The translations under genes were made by a program, and so were the position numbers. Of a stretch of DNA of 64,000 nt, positions 1 through 12,913 are shown piece after piece. Under the pieces are notes generated by a model that was not told the origin of the DNA, did not search any database, and saw nothing but the letters and a program-made list of their open reading frames with translations. The first letter of the stretch is position 1, and every line of letters begins with the position of its first letter. The stretch comes from Lytechinus pictus (taxonomy: Eukaryota), in contig NC_087251.1 of NCBI RefSeq assembly GCF_037042905.1, positions 10,790,001 to 10,854,000 on the forward strand. The letters are read 5' to 3'.

Positions 1-1
1 A

Positions 2-1951
2 ATGTGTCTGATAGACTACGCAGACATATTTTCCAAGAACAGCCAGGATATTGGATGCACAAATATTGTGCAACATAGCATCAAGACTGGGGATGCAAGG
101 CCCATAAGGCAGAAATCTAGGAGACATCCACAATGTAATCAACAGGAAATAGATAGACAGGTACAAGATCTACTTGACAGAGGGGTGATTGAACCATCAG
201 AGAGCCCATGGGCGGCAAATATTGTTCTTGTTAAAAAGAAAGATGGTACCCAAAGACTATGTGTTGATTATCGCAATCTTAATGAAGTGACAATAAAGGA
301 TGCCTATCCTATTCCAAGGATAGATGAAACCCTTGATGCACTTAACTCTGCGAAATGGTTTTCAACACTTGATCTTTCTTCAGGTTACTGGCAAGTCAGT
401 CTTGATGAAGATGCACAGGACAAGACATCATTCATTGTACGAAATGGTCTCTACAAGTGGAAGGTGATGCCATTTGGGTTAACAAATGCTCCAGCAACAT
501 TTGAACGCCTAATGGAAAAGGTACTCAAAGGTCTCCAGTGGGAGGTACTTTTGGTGTACCTTGATGACATCATCGTCTATGGACGCTCTGTGGAGGAAGA
601 GATACATAGACTGAGGCTGACATTCTCGAGACTGAGAGATGCTAACTTGAAGTTAAAGCCAAGTAAGTGTAATTTGTTTTGCAAATCAGTGACCTACTTA
701 GGGCATGTGGTATCAGATGAGGGAGTGTTGACTGATCCAGCCAAGGTGCAAGCAATAGTAGACTGGCCTCAGCCGAGATGCAAAAAGGAGGTTCGAAGCT
801 TCCTTGGCATAGCATCTTACTATAGGCGATTTGTGAAAGGGTTTGCAGAAATTGCAAGTCCCCTGCACAAACTCACGGCCAAATCAGCAAAGTTTGAATG
901 GGATGAGAGCTGTGAACGCTCATTCCAAGAACTCAAACTGAGACTACAATCTGCACCTATCCTCACGTTTCCAACGCCAGATGATGAATTTGTACTGGAC
1001 ACTGATGCCAGCTCAGAGGCAGTTGGAGCAGTACTTTCTCAAGTACAGGGTGGTCAAGAAAAAGTAGTTGCATACTACAGCAGGAAACTTCACAAAGCCG
1101 AGAAGAATTATTGCGTAACTAGGCAAGAATTGTTAGCACTAGTAACTGCTTTGAAACAGTTCAGGCAATATCTGTACGGCAGGAAAGTGAAGGTCAGAAC
1201 TGACCATGCATCGCTCAAATGGCTACTGAACTTCAAGGACCCAGAAGGCCAACTTGCACGTTGGTTGCAACAAATTGCCGAGTATGACTTACACATCGAA
1301 CATAGACCAGGCCGAAATCACGGCAATGCCGATGGTTTATCTCGTATGAAATGCAAACAATGCGGAAGAGGGGATGCAATTCAAACTGATCATAGAGACA
1401 GTTCAACCCCTGACCCAGATGGAGAACACTCCAGCAGAGGCATTGCTTCTCAACCTTCCATGTCAAGCAAAAACATACGAGAGGCTCAACTATCTGACGA
1501 GACTATCCAATGGGTATTACTCGCAAGAGAGGACAATCAACCAAGGCCGGAATGGAAAGATATTGCCCAGAAGTCTGGAGCGGCTAAGACCTATTGGTCT
1601 AAGTGGAATCAGCTAGAAGTTGCTGATGGCATATTATGTCGTCGATGGGAATCAGATGATGGAAAGACTATCAGAAAGCAAATAATCATGCCGGAGAAGC
1701 TCCGTAAGGACGCTGTGAGTGATGTGCATGATGGCTCACTAGGTGCACACCTAGGGCTGAGAAAAACACTGGCTAAGTTGAAGCTACGTTTTTACTGGTG
1801 TGGCATGATTGCCGATGCACGTTCTTTTCTAAGAAAGTGTGATTTGTGTGCAAGAAGGAAGAATCCTCCACGGCACCGGCGAGCTCCATTACAGCAAAGT
1901 ACAGTGGGAGTGCCAATGGAAAGAATAGCACTTGACTTGATGGAATTGTGA
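2..1951 (+). CDS. Ty3/Gypsy pol (RT, RNase H, integrase Zn-finger); begins upstream of the window; integrase catalytic core missing
   Basis: Motifs SPWAANIVLVKKKDG, LCVDYR, LDLSSGYWQ, MPFGLTNAPATF, YLDD (RT); DTDAS, TDH, NADGLSR (RNase H); H..H..C..C (integrase Zn domain). The ORF stops at MERIALDLMEL, where the DDE core should begin. Confidence 0.95.
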   Translation: MCLIDYADIFSKNSQDIGCTNIVQHSIKTGDARPIRQKSRRHPQCNQQEIDRQVQDLLDRGVIEPSESPWAANIVLVKKKDGTQRLCVDYRNLNEVTIKDAYPIPRIDETLDALNSAKWFSTLDLSSGYWQVSLDEDAQDKTSFIVRNGLYKWKVMPFGLTNAPATFERLMEKVLKGLQWEVLLVYLDDIIVYGRSVEEEIHRLRLTFSRLRDANLKLKPSKCNLFCKSVTYLGHVVSDEGVLTDPAKVQAIVDWPQPRCKKEVRSFLGIASYYRRFVKGFAEIASPLHKLTAKSAKFEWDESCERSFQELKLRLQSAPILTFPTPDDEFVLDTDASSEAVGAVLSQVQGGQEKVVAYYSRKLHKAEKNYCVTRQELLALVTALKQFRQYLYGRKVKVRTDHASLKWLLNFKDPEGQLARWLQQIAEYDLHIEHRPGRNHGNADGLSRMKCKQCGRGDAIQTDHRDSSTPDPDGEHSSRGIASQPSMSSKNIREAQLSDETIQWVLLAREDNQPRPEWKDIAQKSGAAKTYWSKWNQLEVADGILCRRWESDDGKTIRKQIIMPEKLRKDAVSDVHDGSLGAHLGLRKTLAKLKLRFYWCGMIADARSFLRKCDLCARRKNPPRHRRAPLQQSTVGVPMERIALDLMEL

Positions 1952-3395
1952 TTCGACAAACTGATATTACGAACACTTACCCCGTATCGATACCAGCCTC
2001 ATGGAATAAGGACGTTGTCTGCAATTATGGAATGCAGAAAGACTAATTTGTTGAGTTATATTTTGTTTTTGTAGTTGAGTATATGGTATATGTTATTTCT
2101 TGTGTGGAATTCTCCTTTCCTTTCTCTCTCTCTCCTTCCTTTCCTTCTTCTATCTCTCTTTTCTAAACTATTTTCTAGTCTGCTCTTGTCTATTCTTAAC
2201 TCTGATACTTTTTCTTTATCTTTCTATTCTGCGAAATTCATTGCTATGTGACATTTGTATTTGTTACCTCAATTCACTTTGCCTTGGTTTTGTCCGATTG
2301 GACTGGATATTTTAACTCATTTATCTGTGTACGACTGTTAACTAGTTTTTGTAAGAAAAATGCAATTATATTTCACTTTGCCTTGTTTTATGCATCATTG
2401 CCAGCTGATAGTCAATCTTGCGGAAGATATGTCTTTTTAATATAACCTCAGATGCTGTTTATATTTTTGCAAAATGTATAAAGGTACATTATTACTGAAC
2501 GTATTCTTGGATGTGCTAGGATATTGTCGTTTGTTGAAATTTAATGAAATGTATTCACCGCTTATTGTTTTCTCTCTATCAGCTTTTTCTTATTTTCCTA
2601 TCTCTCTGATTCTCCCTATGCCCTTCTTCATCCTTACTCTCATTCTTTTAATTATCTTCTTTCTCTTTTGTTTCATTCTGTATACTTCTCTTTCCTTTAC
2701 TTTTCGACTAGCGTTTTCTCTAAGTATACTATTTCATATTATGTTATCTTTAAGTTTGTTTACATTTTCTACTTGAAAGAGTTAAATTGGCTGAAATATG
2801 ATATCTTGTATGTTATGCATTTATCTTATATGTTTTTATTTTTATATGTATGTGATGACTTTTTATGCATTTCTTAAGCAATATCTCGTATTTGAAATCA
2901 TGTCTTTTGCTTGGAGTTTACATTCCAAGAGAGTGCCTTGAAGAAACAGTATTCCTTATACCTCAGTACTGCCAGTACTAGTGTTTATACTTATGTTCAG
3001 ATATATTTATGTATTTTATACTGTGTGTGTTTTTCTAGAAGATAGTTTTATACTGAAGGAGTTACTTCATGAAGAGTTTGATCTTTACTAAGAGTACTGT
3101 TTTATGTGATTGATTCTTTTGCCAAATTTTACTTCGCTTTTACTGTTCTTTTGTTTAAATGATGCTTGATGAGTCTTATTTGATTTCTATGCTAATGTTT
3201 TGCTTAATAATGTTTTGAAGTAAGTTCAGAGATAGGACTTGATAGATTTCTACATTCCATTGTATGTTGTACATGTGTTAGGCAATTGTTAGCCTCTTTG
3301 TTTTCTTTTCAAAGTTTGTTTTATACCTTCAATCTACAGTTTTGTTATTTTTGTTAACAAGGAAACGAGGACGTTTCAATCTAAGCAGGGGGTAA

Positions 3396-3989
3396 TGTAA
3401 CAAAACTGCCTATTTAGAGTCTGGTAGTAGACTACCTCTGTTATTCTTCTCTCTCTCTCTCTGTCTATCTCTCTCCTACTATCCCCATCTTCCCTATGCA
3501 CAGTAGTGCAGTCTCTCTGTGTACACTACATGTGTGTATCTTTATGTAAGAGTGCCTTGTGCACTCATGTGTTTAGGGACTCCCCTACACTTACACTTGA
3601 AGGAGGGGGTTAGTTAGTTGAAGTTTGGCCCTCGATGGGTGCAGTTGTTGTGTAGCTCTCGTACCGTGAGGAGTGGTTGTAGTTTGGCTCCTGTATTTTT
3701 GGTTGTTTCGCTCTAGCTCTGAAGTCAGAAGATAATCGATTGGGAGCAGATATTTGTGTAACCACTGCTCCAGTTTAGTGTAAATAAAGGCCAAGACCAA
3801 GACTTGAAGGTAATTTCAAATTGAGTTGATTCTTATTTTATTTCTAATTAAGTTTGTCAGATGACCGGGAGCAGAGATTGTGAAAACGTGAGTAGACTGA
3901 GGAATGAGTGCACGTGAGAATGTGTTGAATCGCAATATATTTTTGTGGAAGAACCTGGTGAGCAAAGTTCAAAGGTGATTTCGGTTACA
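3396..3989 (+). repeat. 3' LTR (594 bp)
   Basis: TGTAAC...GTTACA terminal inverted repeat directly after the PPT; AATAAA at 3783-3788. The 5' LTR is outside the window, so no comparison is possible. Confidence 0.8.
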
Positions 3990-3993
3990 GTAT

Positions 3994-4345
3994 CATTGGC
4001 GGCGGAAGCAAAAAAAATTAGGGGAGGTCCACCTGAAATTTTGGGATGGACACAGGTAAAATTTGACAAGCCCCCTCCCCCTCCCAAAAAAAAGGTTATC
4101 AACCTAAATTTTAGGAAAGTGGATCACCCAAATTGTTTAACAAGGAAAATGAAAAAAAGGTCATCAGCCTACATTTTAGGGGGGGGGGACCACAAACATT
4201 TCAGGGGGGTCCACGTGAATTTAGGGGGGGACGCACGAAACAAAATTGACAAGCAAAAAAAAAAAAGGTTATCAACAAAAAATTTGGGGGGAACCGTCCC
4301 CCCCCCCCCCACCTCAAGTCCCCCCTGTCCTCCCCCCCCCCGCTT
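3994..4345. mobile_element. hAT-type MITE remnant, right end truncated
   Basis: CATTGGCGGCGGAAGC left end, G/C runs, and an internal AAATTGACAAGC(A)nGGT motif shared with the TSD-verified element at 53205; the right TIR is reduced to CGCTT. Confidence 0.5.
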
Positions 4346-5169
4346 TTATGGTGCGTATGTATCCCTATGGAACGGGCATGCGTGCATGATGCAGCGAGTC
4401 CGGCGGGCGCCGAGTGCGCTCGCGTAGAGGTGGTCGGACAGCGCTCTGCGGCCGCTTTTTACCAAAATTGCAGCTTATTGTAGCAGATCAATGCGACCGG
4501 AACGGCGTAACGAAAAATATGCGAAGTTTTCGACCGGATTTCTTTCTTCTTTTTTTCTCGATAAGAAGAAAAATGCTATGCTTTGGAGCGGCTTTCTTTG
4601 TTCTTTTCTCAATAACACAAAAATGCTATGCCTTGGAACGGAAATATTGAGTGTCAAAAAATGGGGGTCCCCTTCGCGGCACATACCCACTATGCATTAA
4701 TACTGAGTGCCCCCCCATCCTTCTTTCTTGGAGGTACAGCTTTTAGAGGGGACCGTGAGTCCTGAGCCCTTTCTGTACGCCCATGTATAGGGGGTCGAGT
4801 ATATACTTGAGTAAACTCAATTTAGTCCTACGAGCGCGTGAGCTGCAATAAAAAAAAACAACTGACTGACAATAGTGCTAATGTTTAGTAGGTGCATGCT
4901 TATTCGCGCCGTCTCCGGGAAGGGGCAGGTTGTGGCGGAGGGGGGGGGGGGGTGAGGTAATTGGTTGCCGACAGATATGAGTCATTAGGCTTTAGTGTTC
5001 CTCATCTTTACTTCTTTCGTCAATATACGGGCAGACCAAGAACAAAATATATCGAATATTGTTCGGAGCGCAAACTGACTTTTGTTAAAGATTTAGACAT
5101 AAAACAGGGACATTCTAGCCACTATTTATAACCATAATATGATTAGGAAGAGTATCATGCTCAATAAAT

Positions 5170-5983
5170 GAAGAGCCCACTTGCAAAAGGGGTTAGGTCC
5201 ATTTTTCATCAAATATGATTTTTTTTTTTGGTCTCAATGTATAGATTTGTAGTAGCTCTATAAGGTGATTCCAAAAAAAGTTGAAATTTCCATTAAAAAG
5301 TGATCTAATGGCAAAGAAAAATCACTTTTTTTAAGGGGTTAGGTCCATTTCAGTTTAGTTGCAAAAGGGGTTAGGTCCACACAGAATTTTTTTTAAGATA
5401 TGAAGACTGGTTGATTTCTTTTATATCCAATTTTATGTTCTCATGGTAGGGTATCACAAACATTAAATTTCGCATAAGAATATTGCAATAGGGGAGAATA
5501 AAAAAAAATAATAAATTTCTTGGAGTTGACCTATAACCCCTTTTGCAAACAAACTATTCTGAAGAGCTCATTTGTCAAAAGGGGTTAGGTCCATTGTTCA
5601 TTATTTGTTTTGTTTTCTGTCTCGAATCCTCTAAAATTTTAGTCGTTCCGATGAAAACTACGAAATTTTGAAATTCGAATCATATGAAAACGTGAATAAA
5701 AGTGGCAAAAATAAATCACCTTTTTAATCAAAATAGATTGGATTCATTCCAGTTTAGTAGCAAAAGGGGTTAGGTCCACAATGATAATTTTTAAAAGAAT
5801 ATATAGAAAAAAATTGAAGACAGGTAGATTTACTTCATACCTAATTTTATGTTCACATGATAGGGTAGTACATCATGACAATTTAGTTCCTCAGAAGAGT
5901 ATTGCAGTAAGTGAGAATAAAAAACATGGTTTTTCTCGGAATGGTAAAAAGTGGACCTAACCCCTTTTGCAACTAAACTCTTC
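5170..5983. mobile_element. Sola-like MITE, head-to-tail dimer
   Basis: GAAGAG...CTCTTC ends with subterminal CAAAAGGGGTTAGGTCCA; 4-bp AAAT flanks on both sides (AWWT fits Sola1); second unit starts at 5561. Confidence 0.65.
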
Positions 5984-7601
5984 AAATAATGCGAGCGCGA
6001 AGCGCTATCTTATTTTTTTATATTCAGTCTGACATGAAAATTGTAGATTTTAATCACAATCTATGTATGTCGATGAGTAATCAATGACAGCGCATAAGAT
6101 AAAGCATAAGATAATAGTTTTTATACAAACCCGAGCATTTAATTTTCACGTACATGTAATGGATGATACGTCGAGCGCGACAGCCCTGCATGAACTGTCA
6201 TCGGTTTTCATGGATGAAAAAAAAACCTTTCATGCACTCTTTTAAATTTCACTTCTCATTTCTTTTTTATATATTCTCCACCCTTTTACAACATGAACCT
6301 GAATAAAGGAAACTTCGAGAAAATTTAAAAGGGTGGTGAAATAAACGGAACACAAAAAGCAGGCCATGCAATGCGCTTACTTGCGTGGATGTGTACATCT
6401 CAAAATGATAATATCATGTATAAAAATATAAACATGAGGATATTATTTCATTTCATCTTGGATTAAAAAAAAAAAATTCGCAGTTAGTATCACTTCCCGA
6501 AAGGAATGTTTTCATTCAATAGCAATACATTAGAAGAAAAATTGATTTCGAGAAAAATAATGAGAAAAACAATATAAATGGTCATTAGTGCGTAAATCCG
6601 ATATCCATCACTTCCAACGTCATGATAATTACGTACATTATTATTACTATTATTAATACACCATCGTTATCATTATTATTATATTGGGGGATATATACCC
6701 CACCCACCCCCGGGATCGAAACCTATATCTGTTATAGTCAAATAACAGAACGTTCCATCATTGTTTCCGCTCACCACACATGGTATTTCGTCATTATTTT
6801 ATCATTTATCAATGATATGAACTATCATGACTAAAATTTTTGTCTACCATGTAGATATTTTGTTTCAATTATATTATGTTGAAATCGCTGGATTACAGAT
6901 GGGGTGAGGGCCATGGACACCTCCCCCGGCCCATAAAAAAAAAATCACCGTTAAGAAAACAGAAGAGAATAGGAAAGAACTGAGAGACAATAGGAAATAA
7001 ATTATCATCTCAATAATAGGTCAAAATCTTTCACAATCAGTGTTTTGTTATGAGGAATGTCAAGACATTTGCCCGATACGCCATTCTGTCCAACTCAATT
7101 TTTGCCCATTTTACGCTATTGGTCACTTATCATTGTCAATTTGGAATTAATGAGTTCTTGATTAATTCAGTATTGTTTTTATCTTTCTGTATTCTCGTTG
7201 CTATACAATTCCTATATCCGGTTGTGTCTATAGTCTTCATGTTCACATTTTCAAAGGGACTTTCTTTTATTTCAATATTGTTCTCCAACTCTTTTTTGGA
7301 AGTTTTTTTTTCGATTTATTGATTGGATAAACAAAATAAATTTACAATGCATGTAGCATAATCATAATACGGCCTGAAATACAATTGACAATGTTTTAAC
7401 TGTATGAAGATAGGACTTAGACATAAAGAATGTAAAAGCATATAACTATCATGAACAATGCAGAAAATGCAGAGTAAAACTCCAAAAGCAAAGAAATGCT
7501 TGAAACGTATCAGCCAAAAAGGGGGAGAAGGGCTACACGGAAACTTATGAATTAAATTGGTCCGTAACAAAAATTTAATGTCACAAATAATCAAAGTATT
7601 A

Positions 7602-7735
7602 CAGGGGCCACGGAAACGGGGGGAGGGGCTGCGGCCCACGCACTGCAAAAAACGTAAAAGTTACCATCGGATTATGATTATTTGCATGGGCAGCCCCCAC
7701 CCCATCACACTTTCCAATCCGTTCCGCGGCCCTTG
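7602..7735. mobile_element. short GC-ended MITE (related pieces at ~8530-8620 and ~9877-10045)
   Basis: CAGGGGCCACGGAA...TTCCGCGGCCCTTG imperfect TIR; shared AAAAAACGTAAAA and CAGCCCCC internal motifs; no clean TSD. Confidence 0.5.
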
Positions 7736-10700
7736 AGAAAGGGAAAAAAGTAGGAATCCAAAAGTGAAGTGTGAGCTTTATTTTGGTATATGCCTAGATT
7801 CAAAGAAATATATCACTTGTGAGTTATTGCCCCGTGGCCGCTGTGCATTCATATACTTCTACATATCGAATTACCGCTCAGTGAGGATTCACAAGTATAA
7901 TTATCATTTTTCTCCTGGAGTTTATGAAAACATAATAGGCAAGAATATTTTCATCGGCAACATGTAAAATATGCATCTCATATCCGTTAAACCTCGGGAC
8001 CTGCCCATCATTTTCAAACAAGAATGTCATCTTCACTTCCAAAGGTAGGCTTTTCCCGCCCCAAACTATTCTTACAAGCCATATATAGACGAGTAAATTT
8101 ACTTTATCATCAATAATGATTTCAACATTATTTTCCGCCTGAGTTGTAAAATGTTGATGACGCCGTGGAGCTAAAGGCGTCGGATATAATACAACATTTA
8201 ATTCGTCTTTCTATATATACTCTAAAAATGCGTTACAGGATAATTATGCCCTTTAATGATAACACCCACTTTTTCATGTATTCTACCATTTTGATTGTTT
8301 TTTGTTGTTGTTTTTGTGTAACTTTCGTTGGTATTTTATTTTGTTTATTTACACCCAGCTATCACTTCGGACCGTCTCGACCTCGTATTCTTTCGGTTGT
8401 GTATTCAATAGTCCAGATACTTCTTTCATTCTCTTTCCCCTATTTCACGACGGCAGCATATCATATTTTGGAACCTATGAATTGAGGGGTTCGGGTTACT
8501 CTACATCTTTTAAACATATAGCAGGATAAAACGCAAAAAAATGCCATGTGATTTTTTTATGGCCAGCCCCCTTCACCCTTTCTGCTCAGCCCCCACACTT
8601 TCAACTCCATGCTGCCACTGCCTTAGCGTTAAATGACCCAACAACTCGACGCAAACAACATTATTTTTTGTGCGAGTGAACTAAGCGAGGGAATCCAGAA
8701 AATTATTCCTTCTTTCATGTCATTGTTTTCTCAATTTCTATTTCTACATCTTTTCTATTTCTATATCTTGGTCACAGATCTTCTTTCTTGAGGGCGGATG
8801 GTCCCCAAGCCCCCGCCCCCAACATGTACGCCATGCAGTGACATTGCATGTACTCTATTTATGTGACGCCCCTTTCCCCTTCTTGATATCAAAGCCATTT
8901 AAACCTCGCAGATTGCCGGTTTTTTAATCAAATCGCAGGTATATACAGAATATAGCTTTAACACATTACATTTATTCAACCCAGTTGAACCGAATATTTT
9001 GAGGTGGCCAAACATAGCAATGTGGGAAAATTTGTAAAAAGTCGCCAGCACGCGAGCAAATCGAGCTAGAAAAAATTGCCCATCGAAATTGACATTTCAT
9101 TGTTTCCATTCATTTCATCATACGTTGTCTCCTATAATTTATTTTATTACTTCTTGGGTGTAGAACCACTTGTAGGCCAGTGATTGAACTTAAAGGAATG
9201 GTCCCTACAAGGAGCGTTACAGAGCCATTTGAAGGTTATAGATGAAGAGCTCCTACCGCGTGGGGTCTGGGGCAACTGCCCCGGTAGCTTATTTGAATAA
9301 AATTTAGCAAGTTTATAGCACTATGTTGTAAGCAGTCCTTCTTTTTTCCCACTCTTTATTTTCATTCCTCGGCAGCCCTGTTGTGTCATTAATTTTTTTT
9401 CTTGTCTTTTTTCTTTGATTTCCAATGTAGCTTTTGACTATTTCCATTCCGACCTTCATTTACCGCTATGTTTTCTATTGCATTAAATATAGGCCTATTT
9501 CGGAATGATTTTTTCTTTCTCAAATGTTCTTCTTTCATTCCTTTTCCGTCCGATATCCGTCCTTTTCCATTAAAAAAAATCTTCGTTTTCTTTCACTTTT
9601 CTCTTGCCCTTCCCTTTTCCTCCTTTCCTTTTCTTTCCCCTTCCCCTTTCACCCTTATGTTTGTTAAAATATCCCTCCCTTTTCCCCGTTTTTTTTTTTT
9701 TCCAGTGAAATCCGTTAGGGGGCAGCTTGCGGTATTGTTTACATAGCAAATCTCAGAATTTCCTTGCTCTATGAAGTTTCAATCTTGGCAGAGGCTGGGA
9801 CGAGCATGTGGAAGTAGCTATAGCGACCACTTTGTGTGCAACCATGGTGCAACTCCCCTAGCTACAACCCATGCCTCAGGGGCCGCGGAAGCGGGTCCGG
9901 GGGGGGGGGGGGGGCTGGGGGAATTCAGCCCCCGGCCCCCTCACTTATTTCCAAAACAGTGTACAAAAAACGTAAAAATGACATTAGGACTGTGATATTT
10001 TGAATGGTCAGCCCCCCCCCCCTTTGAAAACTGTTCCGCGACCCATATTGCCGTACCTATTACCCCATACCACTGGTAGAACACGAAACGGTAGCTATAG
10101 GCCTACGTCTAATCCGTAAGACTATGAAAAAAACTGAAGGCCAATGCATGCAGCTGCCTCTACCTGTACCAAGATCATATCATGTACGCATAAGTGGGGT
10201 AAACCCATCCCGAAACCCATATATACCTAACAGTGCTGTAACTTCCATTTCATTTTGTAAAGAGGCAGAGAATCTATTTGCGATGACCGTAGCAAGTGGT
10301 TCCTCTCATGCCCCCAAACAAAGTGTGAGCCGTGTAATTGTCATTTTCACCGCCAAGCACGTACAAGCAGTCATTTACATTTTTTTCTCAAATAAACATA
10401 GAGCGAATGCGTATTTTCTGCTACTTTTTCTACATGACCAGCTCATCTGTCCAGCCACCAATTCATTTTATTTTATCATTGGTATCCATTCGTTCATCCA
10501 TTCAATCCGTCCATCCTGGGGGGTTATCAGTAGGCCTATCCATCGGATGATCGGGCGGATGATACAATACACCCATACCCAGGCCCAGCTATCAATCCAT
10601 CATTCATTCTCTTCACTCGATCTTCAGTCATTTCTCCATCCAAGGAGATTGCTCCATCCGTCCATAGAATATAGCTTTAGATCTGTCCATTGGTAATAAG

Positions 10701-12762
10701 GCTACCACCCTCTCTTCTGCCGCCCCCAACTTTCCGGCTCATGGGCTCGCGTGAGTGTGTGTGAGCGAGTTGATCTCCTCGAAATTGATACACAAATCAT
10801 ACACCATGGGGCTATAAATAGCTCCATGCTTACACATTACGTTGGTCTGTTCTCTTCTGCTTCTCCAAGTTTGCGTAGTCTTCTTCACGTACCTTGCTTC
10901 CCGGATTCCCCACGCGTTCATTGTAAATACCGTCTTAGGAATGAGACCCAAATACACATTGTATCTTGCCTGTACTCATGTTATTATTTGTACTTTGTGT
11001 ATATTTTTATGATTGCATGTGACTGTGCTTTTTAAACAAGCAAATAAAGAAGAATTAATAACTCTGGGTCTATAGCACAGAGTTCGGTCCTGTATATATA
11101 TATCCCCAGATAAAAATCACACTTTTACTGCTGAGCAATACTGAACTTCTCATTATTAAAAATCGAGATGCAAGTTTCCTTGCAGGGCTGCAAAATTAAT
11201 AGCTATTTTGTCACTGTTTTTTGTTGTTGTTGAAATCTTGCCGAGTACGTCATGTCTGCCCCATCCCTCAATTTTCTCTGCTCATCATCTGCTTGTGAAT
11301 TAAAATTCCAAAACGTGCATCGATACTCGCATACACGCACTATTCGGTCTATATGTGTAGACTATACTCACGTACTTTGCATGCGATGATAATGTCCTGT
11401 GACTGTGATGTGAACCGGTAGCTTGTGTGCAAAGCGTAAACAAGTCGCTAGCCGGCTGGCATCGGCGCTTTGAGCTTGCACGCACCGTTCGACGTTTGCT
11501 TTCTCAGCTACACACATACGGGGATTTCTAGATACTGCGCATGCGCGATGACGTATTCATCAATATGCATGACGTCGTAATGAATATGCATTATTCGAAC
11601 AGTGTTCTAAGATCAATTTATTTTTTAACCCGAGAGGGCGTCAATAGAAAGGTCCTAAGTATAAACGGTTAACCGAGAAATATATAATACATGTTTCACC
11701 CCTCAATATCATGAAAATAGAAAAGTTATGCAAGTTTTTTTTCCGTGATAAAATCGAGCAATAATATAGGTATTTAATTAATGTAATAATTTTGAAATTG
11801 ATTCATTGCCCTTTTCTGAGAACAACCAATCATACACTATACCTTTAATAGTTTACAAAAGTAAACCATAATGGTTTTCTTTGTAAAATGATGATAATTA
11901 TACGGACTTTTACGATTCCAAACGTCATCAAAATATAGTTTAACGAAACATTTTTAATCATTGATACCGAAAGATACTATATTGGACAAATTATATGCAT
12001 AAATTAGAGATAGAATTCATCCAACTGTTAATAGGGGTCTGAAAACAACAAATACGAGTTCAGTTATGGATGGACTGACGTGGTAGAATCTTTATCGATT
12101 AAATCATTTTACTATATCAAAATTAATGGTTTTGTGGCGTTTACCAACAGTTTTTATAGTTTCTTTGTATTACAATTATCATTGAATGCATTAACCCACT
12201 TGTTTTGTGATGTAATTTCAACCTCTATGATTGATTACGTAAGATTATAATTTTAAAATTTCTAGCCACTTTCGCATGTCATAGTCTACCCACGTGATGC
12301 CACTACGTCATTAAGAAAGAAGTTTAGACAGGTTGGGAGATAAATAAATAAATATTTAGTGAGGTTGTTGTACCCGATCTTGGTAAAGAGGGCTTCGTGA
12401 AACGGTTAGCGGACAAGTAGCTCACTATCTCCGATTTAGTCAAGAAGTTAGACTTATGACGGTGTTGAGAAACGGGCCCCAGGTTACTGGTAGATACATT
12501 TTTTCTCACCAATTTTTCCTTATTTTTAATCTCTTTTTTATACAGGCTCCCAAGCGCCACTCCGCAAGGCTCGGTGCGCCACAAGTGGCGCGCGCGCCAC
12601 CATTTGAGAATCCCTGCCTTAGAGTGTAAATTCGATGTAAAAAAGCATATCGAAGTGTGGACAGTTAATCGGCAAAAGGGAGGATGAGATAACACATGCG
12701 AGCTCACACTAACAAACTACCATCGGTGAATGGGGATAGTTATGTCAGAAATTGTTGAATAA

Positions 12763-12913
12763 TACCTTGGTCACATTTGCTCTACGGCGAGTCGAAAACA
12801 GCCGTTTTAATAAATTTAATTCAAACCACCTATATGTAGTTGGTACAAAAAATGTTAAAACGGCCGTTTTCGACTCGCCGTACGGCCGCCGTAGAGCAAA
12901 TGTGACCAAGGTA
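12763..12913. mobile_element. PIF/Harbinger MITE
   Basis: TIR TACCTTGGTCACATTTGCTCTACGGCG with TAA TSD; the empty-site sequence is visible at 27361-27404. Confidence 0.85.

Larger units (their letters stand above)
1..3989 (+). mobile_element. Ty3/Gypsy LTR retrotransposon, 3' portion
   Basis: pol with RT-RH-IN order, T-rich 3' region (~2047-3380), polypurine tract AAGCAGGGGG just before TGTAAC at 3396, LTR ending GTTACA at 3989. Confidence 0.9.

Noticed and set aside
2100..2877. Hydrophobic ORFs after pol as a possible env gene
   Set aside because: Short overlapping F/L/S-rich frames explained by T-rich composition; no env-like features
3945..4427. 160-aa Pro/Lys/Gly-rich ORF
   Set aside because: Spans the LTR end and the homopolymer runs of a MITE
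10124..10696. 190-aa ORF
   Set aside because: No recognisable domain; runs through a degenerate (TCCA)n tract
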